Assembly (NCBI GenBank): GCA_963666835.2
Contig: CAXXGO010000006.1
Span: forward strand, 2,080,001 to 2,144,000
Source of the DNA: Phycisphaerae bacterium
Lineage (GTDB): Bacteria > Planctomycetota > Phycisphaerae > UBA1845
Length of the DNA: 64,000 nucleotides
Direction of reading: 5' to 3'
A program made the translations under genes and the position numbers. Within the stretch, counting starts at the first letter, position 1. Each line of letters opens with the position of its first letter. The notes beneath the pieces were generated by a model that was not told where the DNA came from, did not search any database, and worked only from the letters and a program-made list of their open reading frames with translations. Shown here in pieces: positions 52,278 to 60,300 of this stretch.

Positions 52278-54101
52278 TTGAGTAATGACGGAGAGACATT
52301 GCGAAGACCGGTCCGAACGGACCAGGATACCGTAATCCGGCTGCGCCCGTTCGAAGTGCAGAACGTCAGTTGCGACGCGCGGTGGGACCCGCAAGGGGAT
52401 CCGCTTCGAGTGTACTACGAGATTAACGATCCCAACAGCCGCATCCGTTCCGGGAGAATCCTGTATACCGCACGAGGGCCTGACGGTGAGGAGGTGACAC
52501 TCTATCGTCAGGCGCTGGAACGATCTCAGTTCGTCCACGCGCGGTGCTATGAGCTGCGCGAGAGCGAACGGTGGGACGGAACGATTCGGGAGGGTATTAC
52601 GGATCGGATCGGTGAGAAGATCACGGCCGATCTTTCCTTCTTCAGCGTGACGGTAGAGGTGTGGAACACGCGCGAGGCGGAGCCGGCGGCGCGGGTGCGG
52701 GGTGGACAGGGTCGAACCGAACGCGAGGGTGAGTATCTATCGAGCGGGGTGGCGAACGTCGAGGTGGACGCAATTGTCCAGGGGCGCTGGGGGAGCGAAT
52801 GGGTGATTCCCTACGATGATCCGGACGAGCCCGACAAGGGCGAAGCTACGATATCTCTTAGGGTTAAGAACGTCCGTGAGAACACCAGTGCGCGAATCGT
52901 GGTCAGCCGGATAAACGAGATTGCCAACGCCGAGAACGACTACCTTTATGTTGACACCTCCTGGGGGCCGGAGGAGCAGCCGGGTCTGCAGGGATTGGTA
53001 GTACGCAACGGGCGGGTCCTGCAAAGCGACGGCAGCGATCCGAAGGTGCGCTTCAACGTTTATGAGGAGCACTGGAAGTACCCGGGGATCAACTTCTATC
53101 AATTCGGGGTGGCTTTCGGCGAGAACGGGTATGACATGGTGGCGTCAGAGCGAGACTACGTCAACAATGAAAGGGACTGTCTCAACATGCGTTTCACCGT
53201 GTTGATTGAATGCTCCTCCCTCGGCGACGAGTATCGCACCGCGACTGACCAGTTATGGCGTTTCCTGAAGCGCGAGACGAAGTACTTTCGTCCGTACAAG
53301 CTCATGAACCGCGTACGGAATATCGACGACTGGATCAAACACTATCGCAATCGTTATATCGTCACGATTCAGGGCCACGGGGGTGTGTACTGCGCTCATA
53401 GCGACCATCCGACGCGCACGGTTGGCAGCGGACGCCGCGCCCGAACCGAGCGGATGGACATGTACCACCGGGGTTTCGCTCCCGACAACTACTACTGTCC
53501 GACCGGTGTCGAGGAAACCGAGGCCGGCCGCCGCGAACACCGTTGGGCTCTACGCCACTACGGGCATCCCTTCGGCGGCTGCGGCAATTCCAGCCATGTC
53601 TACCACAGTCTTTCGCTTTCGCAGGATCGCAGCACGCGGCGGAAGATGTTGGCGGTGAATTTGCCCAACCAGGATACCAGTTTGCGTCCGCAGGTAGCGC
53701 TAGGGAAGAGGCGCGGTCGATCCGACGAACGCGTGATCCGTATGCTGGGGGTCGACGATAACGGGCCGCGGCTCTTGTTCTATGCGGGCGGATGCCGGTC
53801 CATGTTGTCCAAGAATCTGGGGGAACGGTTCACCCGCAATGGAACAAAGCACTACCACGGATGGGTCTGGAGCGTTTGGATTCGCGAGAACCGCCGTTTC
53901 TGTCTAGACCTGTTCCGCCGTTGGATCAAGGGGACCGAGGGTGATCCGCCGGCTTCGGAGTGTGAACTGAGCCGGTTCCTGCCGGCCTATCGCGCGGCGG
54001 CGGCCCGTTCATTTGTGAACTCGCATCCACGCATAATGGAAGGTCGGAACGTGTTGAGTATTCGGGCGGCTCCGGATCGAGCGGAGGGGGCTTCGTCGTG
54101 A
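52278..54101 (+). CDS. Putative T6SS effector with a C-terminal clan CD (caspase/gingipain-like) His-Cys domain; start uncertain
   Basis: IVTIQGHGG and LLFYAGGCRS...LGERF...GTKHYHGW; located after vgrG-PAAR; no signal peptide. Confidence 0.6.
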   Translation: MSNDGETLRRPVRTDQDTVIRLRPFEVQNVSCDARWDPQGDPLRVYYEINDPNSRIRSGRILYTARGPDGEEVTLYRQALERSQFVHARCYELRESERWDGTIREGITDRIGEKITADLSFFSVTVEVWNTREAEPAARVRGGQGRTEREGEYLSSGVANVEVDAIVQGRWGSEWVIPYDDPDEPDKGEATISLRVKNVRENTSARIVVSRINEIANAENDYLYVDTSWGPEEQPGLQGLVVRNGRVLQSDGSDPKVRFNVYEEHWKYPGINFYQFGVAFGENGYDMVASERDYVNNERDCLNMRFTVLIECSSLGDEYRTATDQLWRFLKRETKYFRPYKLMNRVRNIDDWIKHYRNRYIVTIQGHGGVYCAHSDHPTRTVGSGRRARTERMDMYHRGFAPDNYYCPTGVEETEAGRREHRWALRHYGHPFGGCGNSSHVYHSLSLSQDRSTRRKMLAVNLPNQDTSLRPQVALGKRRGRSDERVIRMLGVDDNGPRLLFYAGGCRSMLSKNLGERFTRNGTKHYHGWVWSVWIRENRRFCLDLFRRWIKGTEGDPPASECELSRFLPAYRAAAARSFVNSHPRIMEGRNVLSIRAAPDRAEGASS

Positions 54102-54595
54102 GTGAGAAGAAGCTTAAAGAAAGATCGGTTGCCGACATCGAGCGGATCGTCGCAGAGGGTCCGCGCGAGCCGCGCGTCGTCCATTGCGAGGAAGAACGGC
54201 AGTGGAATGAGCTTCTTCTGTACAACGTCTCAGAGCACCGCTTGCACGTTCTCGCTCGTGGGGGGGACTTCGTCGTCTTCTACGATGCGGACGGTAAGGA
54301 GATCGGTTGGCGTGACGACGGGCGCAAGGGCACCGAGAAGCCGATGTGGATCGATCGGGACTCGTTTCGCAAGGCCGTGGTCGAGGAGCTGGGACTTCCC
54401 AAGGTGACCCGGCTGGGCAAGTTGTCGGTGCGGGAGCTGCCTCCCCTCGGGTGGACCCATCAGGGGGTCTTCTTCCTGTCGGCGACGCCCACGCCTGATC
54501 AGGTGTTGCGGGTCTGGGCTAATCCGGAGGATCATCGGGTCATTCAGTGCCTTTTCGGGCCCGTTGATGGCCAAGCTTCAGGAGAACAGCCGTGA
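54098..54595 (+). CDS. Putative immunity protein A1 (PepSY/YcdB-like)
   Basis: GTGA overlap with the effector stop; similar to 54831-55343. Confidence 0.55.
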   Translation: MSEKKLKERSVADIERIVAEGPREPRVVHCEEERQWNELLLYNVSEHRLHVLARGGDFVVFYDADGKEIGWRDDGRKGTEKPMWIDRDSFRKAVVEELGLPKVTRLGKLSVRELPPLGWTHQGVFFLSATPTPDQVLRVWANPEDHRVIQCLFGPVDGQASGEQP

Positions 54596-54834
54596 CCGAG
54601 GAAGAAGCCGTCGCCATCGTTGAGCAGGAACGCGAGGCCCTGCGGATCCCCCCGCGTATGGGCGTCAGCTCCGCGGAGAAGGCCATTGTGGAGTTTATGA
54701 AAGACCGTTCTCGCGCGGGCCGGGTCGAGAATCGTGTCGCTTGGATCGTTGATCTGGCCGATGCTGTCGGTTTCGTGCGGGTGCATGTCGACGATCGCAG
54801 CGGCGAGATACTGGAGGTACTGAGAACCGTATGA
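54592..54834 (+). CDS. Putative immunity protein B1 (single PepSY-like domain)
   Basis: MTEEEAVAIV...AWIVDL...VHVDDRSGEIL; GTGA overlap. Confidence 0.65.
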   Translation: MTEEEAVAIVEQEREALRIPPRMGVSSAEKAIVEFMKDRSRAGRVENRVAWIVDLADAVGFVRVHVDDRSGEILEVLRTV

Positions 54835-55343
54835 CCGCGCCAAGTCAACTGAAAGAGACCGCCGCTAAGCGTGTGCTCGATATTCTCGCCGAGCGGCTTG
54901 AGCGCGGTGGGATTTCGACCAGTCGTCCGGACTGGTACTTCCAGACCGAGGCGGGCGATCCCCAGGAGTTTCCCGGTGGCTGGCAGGTGCGGGTGCGTAC
55001 GTGGCGGCATTGGTCCGATGCGGCCGTGCATTTCGACGCGGACACTGGGGAAGTACTGCATTGGAGCGTGGATCGGCTATCCGACCCGCCGACGAATGCG
55101 AAGTTGACTCAGGAAGAAGCTCTCCGCATAGCGGCGGAGATTATCGAGATTCCGCTTGATGCCGAGCTACACCGTTTCGAGCACGAGGAGTATGCCGAGG
55201 GGGGGCGCCATGTCGCCCGGATTGAGTGGAAACGGGTCCACAAAGGGCTGCGAGTGGACGGGGACTATCTATGGGTGATGATTCACCCGGAGACGCACCG
55301 GTTGGTGGCCTTCGGTCGAAAATGGCGGACGATGGAGAAGTAG
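54831..55343 (+). CDS. Putative immunity protein A2 (PepSY/YcdB-like)
   Basis: VHFDADTGEVL, LTQEEALRIA, WKRVHKGLRVDGD; ATGA overlap. Confidence 0.65.
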   Translation: MTAPSQLKETAAKRVLDILAERLERGGISTSRPDWYFQTEAGDPQEFPGGWQVRVRTWRHWSDAAVHFDADTGEVLHWSVDRLSDPPTNAKLTQEEALRIAAEIIEIPLDAELHRFEHEEYAEGGRHVARIEWKRVHKGLRVDGDYLWVMIHPETHRLVAFGRKWRTMEK

Positions 55344-55411
55344 TATCGCTTTTGTGAATTGCGGATTACTCAGGGTCCGCGATTTCTGGGGGACTTTCGG
55401 GAAGGGCAAGG

Positions 55412-55663
55412 ATGCAAGCAATGACGAGACGGGAAGTGCTGGCGGTTGTTGAACGAGAGCGCGAGCGGCTCGAGGTTGATCCGCAGGCGGAGGTCAGCTC
55501 AGTCGGGCGAGCTCTCGTGGCATGCACTGCCGAACCATCGCGACGCGGCTGCGAGACGCATCGAGTCGCTTGGGTGGTGGAGCTATCCGGCAAAGCGGGT
55601 TATGTGCGAGTGCAACTTGACGACAAGACCGGCGATGTGCTGAATGTCATCAGGGGAAGTTGA
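55412..55663 (+). CDS. Putative immunity protein B2 (paralog of 54592-54834)
   Basis: RVAWVVELSGKAGYVRVQLDDKTGDVLNVIR aligns with B1. Confidence 0.7.
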   Translation: MQAMTRREVLAVVERERERLEVDPQAEVSSVGRALVACTAEPSRRGCETHRVAWVVELSGKAGYVRVQLDDKTGDVLNVIRGS

Positions 55664-55780
55664 GGCCGGACCGCTCCGTCGTCCGGTGACCGATGGTGCG
55701 GGGAATGGCGCCGGTGTTTTCAGAGCGAGGGCAACTAGGCCGGGCATTCCGGTTTGGTTTTAAGTACAAGGAGAAACGAG

Positions 55781-56071
55781 ATGAACTCATTGGTTGAAGC
55801 TCGAGTCAGAAGTTACTTGACGACTCGTCTCAAGTACAGTTTCTATGAATGCGGGGCGATTCTGTTTAGGATGAACAACTGTGCCCGCATGGCCGGGTTC
55901 GATCTGGACAGTCGCTTCGCCGATGCGGGGCTTGGTGCAGGACCCGACGCCCGACTGGCTTCGAGCATCGTCAACCGGGCGATGGGCCGGGCCGGTGACG
56001 GGGCGGCAGAGGGCTCCATCAGAGCCCAGATTGCCCGCTGGCTCCAGAGCACGAACCCTATGGGGCATTGA
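55781..56071 (+). CDS. Small hypothetical protein
   Basis: AAGGAG RBS, ATG start, 96 aa. Confidence 0.55.
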   Translation: MNSLVEARVRSYLTTRLKYSFYECGAILFRMNNCARMAGFDLDSRFADAGLGAGPDARLASSIVNRAMGRAGDGAAEGSIRAQIARWLQSTNPMGH

Positions 56072-56200
56072 TCTCGGACAAAGCCGGGCGCGTCCGGAAC
56101 CACGGGCGCAAGCCGGCGCACTCTGCTGGAATCGCGTTGAGATGCCCGGTGAACGCCGTAATCGCTCGTCTTCTTCGAGGCACCTGGGACGCCGTGCCCA

Positions 56201-56683
56201 TCACACGTTGTGAAAAGCTACGTCCTCCGTATCGGTATTCAGTACCGCGACGGAATGTCGGATGGCGCGATGAAGTGCTCCGGGGTTAATAACACGTTTC
56301 CCGTGGACAACTTCATCGCGCCGCGCATGACTGTGGCCGTGGAGGATGAAATCGACATCCAACGAGCGGACGGCTGCTTCAAAGCCCTCCTCGTGCCCGT
56401 GGAAGACCGCGAACCGTTTCCCCCCGAGTTTTATCCGCGTGGGAACCTCGGTGGGGACGGTGAGCCCTACGCCGTGCAGATACGCCAGCAGCGGCGCCGG
56501 TCGGCGGTCGGTGTTACCCCACACGAAAGTGCAGGGCCGGCCCACAAGCTCATCAAAGACCTCTTCACCGCCCACATCTCCGCAATGGACAATGTGTTCG
56601 ACTTCAAGCCGATCAAACAACGCCAGAGCCCGTTGCGTAATCCGAGCTTGACCGTGGGTGTCGGACATTACTCCAATCAGCAC
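56201..56683 (-). CDS. YfcE-family metallophosphoesterase
   Basis: SDTHG, HCGD, GNTD, FHGH, HGHSH, INPGA. Confidence 0.92.
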   Translation of the reverse strand: MLIGVMSDTHGQARITQRALALFDRLEVEHIVHCGDVGGEEVFDELVGRPCTFVWGNTDRRPAPLLAYLHGVGLTVPTEVPTRIKLGGKRFAVFHGHEEGFEAAVRSLDVDFILHGHSHARRDEVVHGKRVINPGALHRAIRHSVAVLNTDTEDVAFHNV

Positions 56684-56718
56684 CGTTTCGCTCTTTCTGA
56701 TGCGGCCCGCACCCTGAA

Positions 56719-57543
56719 TCAGGTTCCGTCGGCGTTGTGGGGCGGAGTCCATCCCCAATATAGCTTGGATCGGTCCCAAACCAAGTCCCCGCGGGGAAAG
56801 TCCCGGTCTCGCACCAAGTCATCCGCTTTGCAGTTGATTACGCCCCCCGAGAGGTAGAGGACGTTGGCGAAATCGCCGTGGAACTTGGCAAGGCGATCGC
56901 CTTTGTAGTCGCGGTAGTACTCCGTGGCAACGGTTCGTTGGGTTCCGGCCGGAGAATTAGGGGCAATATCGAACAGCAGCACGGTTGTGGGGTGTTTCGA
57001 GAACCGGTGAGCCCGCAACGGTCTGTCGCCGCGGTCCGGAAAGCCCGGAGTGTCCTTGCTGGGAGACTCCTTCGAACCCAATCCATCGAGGATCTGATTC
57101 ATACCATAGTGAAACTGGTTCTTGCCCGAGGTGCTCTTGAATACTCCGGTCAAATTCTTCGACGGACAGATCCACAGGTGCATGTCGGGGAACTCCTTGA
57201 TCTGTTCGTCAAAACGTTCGACGTCGCGATAGGCCGGGATGTTCAAATAGGGCGGCAACGCGTTGAACCACGTTCCTGCTTGGTCTATTGCTCGGTAGTT
57301 GCCCTCCGTGGGAAAGTAGTCGAAGAAGTCTTCACGATAGAACTGCACCGCATTGCCCCATTGCTTAAGGTTGCTTTTGCACGTAGCGCGGCGCATATGC
57401 TCGCGGGCATGCGAAAGCGAAGGTACGAGCATGGCCAGAAGCAGAAGGACGATCGAAATTACGATTACCAATTCCAACAATGTCAGCGCCGGGCGGGCGC
57501 AGACCCCTAGCCGGGACTTTTCTGTCAACCATTTGTCAGTCAT
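56719..57543 (-). CDS. Prepilin-type N-terminal cleavage/methylation domain protein (DUF1559-like)
   Basis: ALTLLELVIVISIVLLLLAMLVPSLSHARE...CKSNLKQ, WICPS, YGMN, C-terminal HGDFANVLYLSG. Confidence 0.88.
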   Translation of the reverse strand: MTDKWLTEKSRLGVCARPALTLLELVIVISIVLLLLAMLVPSLSHAREHMRRATCKSNLKQWGNAVQFYREDFFDYFPTEGNYRAIDQAGTWFNALPPYLNIPAYRDVERFDEQIKEFPDMHLWICPSKNLTGVFKSTSGKNQFHYGMNQILDGLGSKESPSKDTPGFPDRGDRPLRAHRFSKHPTTVLLFDIAPNSPAGTQRTVATEYYRDYKGDRLAKFHGDFANVLYLSGGVINCKADDLVRDRDFPRGDLVWDRSKLYWGWTPPHNADGT

Positions 57544-57886
57544 CGCCGAGATGCTCCCCAATCCGGGGACCAACGAAATCAGTTATTTGTGCGCCGGCGC
57601 GCCGGTAGGTGAATCAGGTCTGTTCCCCCCGAAACTGCGCGGCGAGAAATCGCTTACGTGCCTTGACCCTGACACGTGCAATCTCGCGTCGACGGCGATT
57701 GCACCCGGCGGTACCGCGTTTGGATGCCGGCGGCTTGAGGCTACCCCCGTCATCCGCTCTGTTTGACCGAATCGGTTGCCTGTGACCCTTTGCGAGATTG
57801 GACTTATTCTCGCTTTAATGGACTTGCTGTCAAGTGTGGATGGGCTAGATGTCGAGGTGTGCAGTGCTGGTGGATGCGGCAGACTG

Positions 57887-58480
57887 CTAGTATTTGTGAT
57901 ACTCGAATGTTTGACAGGCCATGTCGAACAACTGATAGAGCGGGTCGCTCAGCGGGGCTCCGTCGACCGCCAGCGTGACCGCGAAGGCCAGCCCACGCTC
58001 GATCGTGGCCGTCCGGGCTACCGTCGAGAGTTGCGGGATTAGAACCTCCCGCCCCGCGACCGGACCGAGGTTGGCCGCGCGGGGCACGTGCTCCAAGCGG
58101 TTTGCGCTGGGCAGCTCGGCGAACGAATACTGCCGCGCCAGCGTTTCGCCGAGTTCTTCGGCTTGGGCGATGTCTCCAACGACCATGTGGAGGATCAGCC
58201 GCACGTCGTGTCCCTCCGTTATGGTGCCGTGGAAAGGTAAGAGGATCTCGGGTGGTCTCTTGACGACTTCCCCGGGGGTGAACCTCTTGGGGGGGCGGAT
58301 GGAAACACCCCATCCGGGAGGCTCGATTCGCGGGGCGAGGGGGTCGCGTGCCCGTTTTGAGGTCATCGCGCTGGCGAGAACGCAAACGAGTATCAGCAAG
58401 GCGATGGAGCAAGCTAACGCCCGCCCGGGAGAGCCGGGTCTGATTGTGGTGTGGAGTTCCACGTTCATGGTCTCTGACAT
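57887..58480 (-). CDS. Hypothetical membrane-anchored protein
   Basis: Single hydrophobic segment (ALACSIALLILVCVLASAM) followed by a soluble domain. Confidence 0.55.
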   Translation of the reverse strand: MSETMNVELHTTIRPGSPGRALACSIALLILVCVLASAMTSKRARDPLAPRIEPPGWGVSIRPPKRFTPGEVVKRPPEILLPFHGTITEGHDVRLILHMVVGDIAQAEELGETLARQYSFAELPSANRLEHVPRAANLGPVAGREVLIPQLSTVARTATIERGLAFAVTLAVDGAPLSDPLYQLFDMACQTFEYHKY

Positions 58481-58564
58481 GCTAGGGCTTGGGCGTCTGG
58501 ATCACAACATGCTGGGGTCCGGCGAAAGTAAGGCGGAGGCTCGCGGGGTCTTTTTGTGGAGCGA

Positions 58565-58593
58565 CGTAACATCATGTTGTATAAGATGTTACG
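58565..58593. promoter_or_regulatory. AT-rich inverted repeat in a divergent promoter region
   Basis: CGTAACATC-N11-GATGTTACG. Confidence 0.5.
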
Positions 58594-58903
58594 GCGGGTT
58601 CTCCTCCATGGGTCTTCTCTGAAGAGATCTCTGCCGAAAGGGGTGTATGGGGACATTGGCGGGGCAAAGCCCGGTCTATCGCAAACTTTGCCGCTTTGGT
58701 TTCGTGTTCGTCCATCTTCGCCTATACTCAATGGCGCATCTATCGCGGCGTCTTCACTCATGACGCCCCACCGTTTGCGGCCAACTGGCGGGGGCGGGAA
58801 GGGGGCGTGGTGGAGATCGATGGATTGGAGCGAGCGCGACAACGGGTTTTGGTGAGGGCAGCTTCGAGTGCTGCGGAGTGCAACCCAGGTGGGAGGTCAG
58901 TAG

Positions 58904-59230
58904 GTGCAGATACGAGTCACGGGGCGTCACGTCGAAGTTACGGATGATGTGCAGAGTTACATCGAGGCCAAGGCCAACAAGCTACCACGGTTCTACGATC
59001 GGATACACGAGATCGAGGTGGTGCTGGATCACGAATCAGAGCAGTTCAGGGTGGAGATGATCGTGCGGGCGGACCGCAAGCACACCTTTGTCGCTTGTGA
59101 GGTAGGCCCTGACACATTTGCCCTGGTTGATATGCTCGTCGACAAGTTGGAACGGCAGTTGAAGAAGCACAAGGAGAAGAACCGTAACCACAAGCACGAA
59201 TCGAAGCCGGATGTGACGAACGAGTCGTAG
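58904..59230 (+). CDS. hpf: Ribosome hibernation promoting factor / RaiA
   Basis: MQIRVTGRHVEVTD, DKLERQLKKHKEK. Confidence 0.93.
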   Translation: MQIRVTGRHVEVTDDVQSYIEAKANKLPRFYDRIHEIEVVLDHESEQFRVEMIVRADRKHTFVACEVGPDTFALVDMLVDKLERQLKKHKEKNRNHKHESKPDVTNES

Positions 59231-59319
59231 GGTTGTGGTGGTTGGGCCGGACGGGGTCTGGAGTTTCGCGTGGAAGCTCGTGACCATTAGCGGGTTTCGT
59301 CTTGGTGCCGGGAGATACC

Positions 59320-59793
59320 ATGAAGTTTGCCGACCTAATACATGAGCCGTCCGTGATCCCCGAAGTGGAGGGAACGGAGCGTAACGCGGTGATCCGCGAA
59401 CTCGTGAACTCACTTGCTGAACACGGTGCCGTCCCTGCAGAACATGTGGAGACCATCGCGCGCGCCGCTATCGCCCGCGAGAAGCAGGGCAGCACAGGTT
59501 TTGGCAAGGGCGTGGCGGTTCCACACGTCAAACACGAGTGTATCCAGAAAATGACGGCTACGATTGGTCGATCGAGCCGAGGAGTGGACTTTGCGGCGCT
59601 GGATCGGGCGCCTGTTTATGCGATCGTTATGTTGCTGAGTCCGGCCGAGGCGCCGGAAGAGCACTTGGCGGCGATGGAGAAGATCTTCCGTTACCTGCAG
59701 CGGGAGAAGTTCAGACGTTTTCTGCGGCAGGCTGATTCACACGAAGCGATCGTGGAACTCATTCGAGAGGCGGATGACTTGCAGGATGACTAG
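59320..59793 (+). CDS. ptsN: PTS EIIA (Ntr/fructose-type)
   Basis: REKQGSTGFGKGVAVPH, GVDFAALD. Confidence 0.88.
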   Translation: MKFADLIHEPSVIPEVEGTERNAVIRELVNSLAEHGAVPAEHVETIARAAIAREKQGSTGFGKGVAVPHVKHECIQKMTATIGRSSRGVDFAALDRAPVYAIVMLLSPAEAPEEHLAAMEKIFRYLQREKFRRFLRQADSHEAIVELIREADDLQDD

Positions 59794-59854
59794 CGTCGAC
59801 GGCGACGCAGGATTCCGGTGTGTTATTCGACTAACAGAGAAAGGCCGACCACGA

Positions 59855-60166
59855 TTGTCCGCCCCAGAGACCGAGGCTGTGCGTGAGGTTGAGGTTCGGA
59901 ACCGAGAGGGCCTCCATGCGCGACCGGTCATGCGTTTCGTGGATCTTGCCATGCAGTTTCGGTCGAGCGTAACGGTGGCAAACGTCACTAAGAACGGAGA
60001 AGTACTCGACGGACGCAGCGCCATGCAGTTGATGTTACTCGAAGCGACGCAGGGGTGCTTGCTCAGAATCAAAGTCCAGGGCGTGGATGCCGATGAGGCG
60101 GCTGATGCTCTGGCAGCGCTGGTGGAATCCGGCTTCGAAACGGGCTCACCTGGACAATCCGGGTAG
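59855..60166 (+). CDS. ptsH: Phosphocarrier protein HPr
   Basis: NREGLHARP (phospho-His) and DGRSAMQLM (regulatory Ser). Confidence 0.92.
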   Translation: MSAPETEAVREVEVRNREGLHARPVMRFVDLAMQFRSSVTVANVTKNGEVLDGRSAMQLMLLEATQGCLLRIKVQGVDADEAADALAALVESGFETGSPGQSG

Positions 60167-60300
60167 TACGCGGCACCGCAGCCAGTGCTGCGAACGAGCG
60201 GGCTGACCATGAGCTTAGCGGCGAGGCGGGCTGGGTCGGTCCCGCATTCGGTGGGGCGGGTGGTGTGCCGACGCGACAGTCGAGGTGTACGGAAACCCTC

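Noticed and set aside
20069..56071. Prophage, extracellular contractile injection system, or integrative element
   Set aside because: The TssJLM membrane complex and ClpV define a T6SS; no integrase, transposase, capsid gene, tRNA target or flanking direct repeat was seen
56201..56683. PppA-like T6SS phosphatase
   Set aside because: The motifs are calcineurin-like YfcE type rather than PP2C, and the gene is on the opposite strand outside the operon
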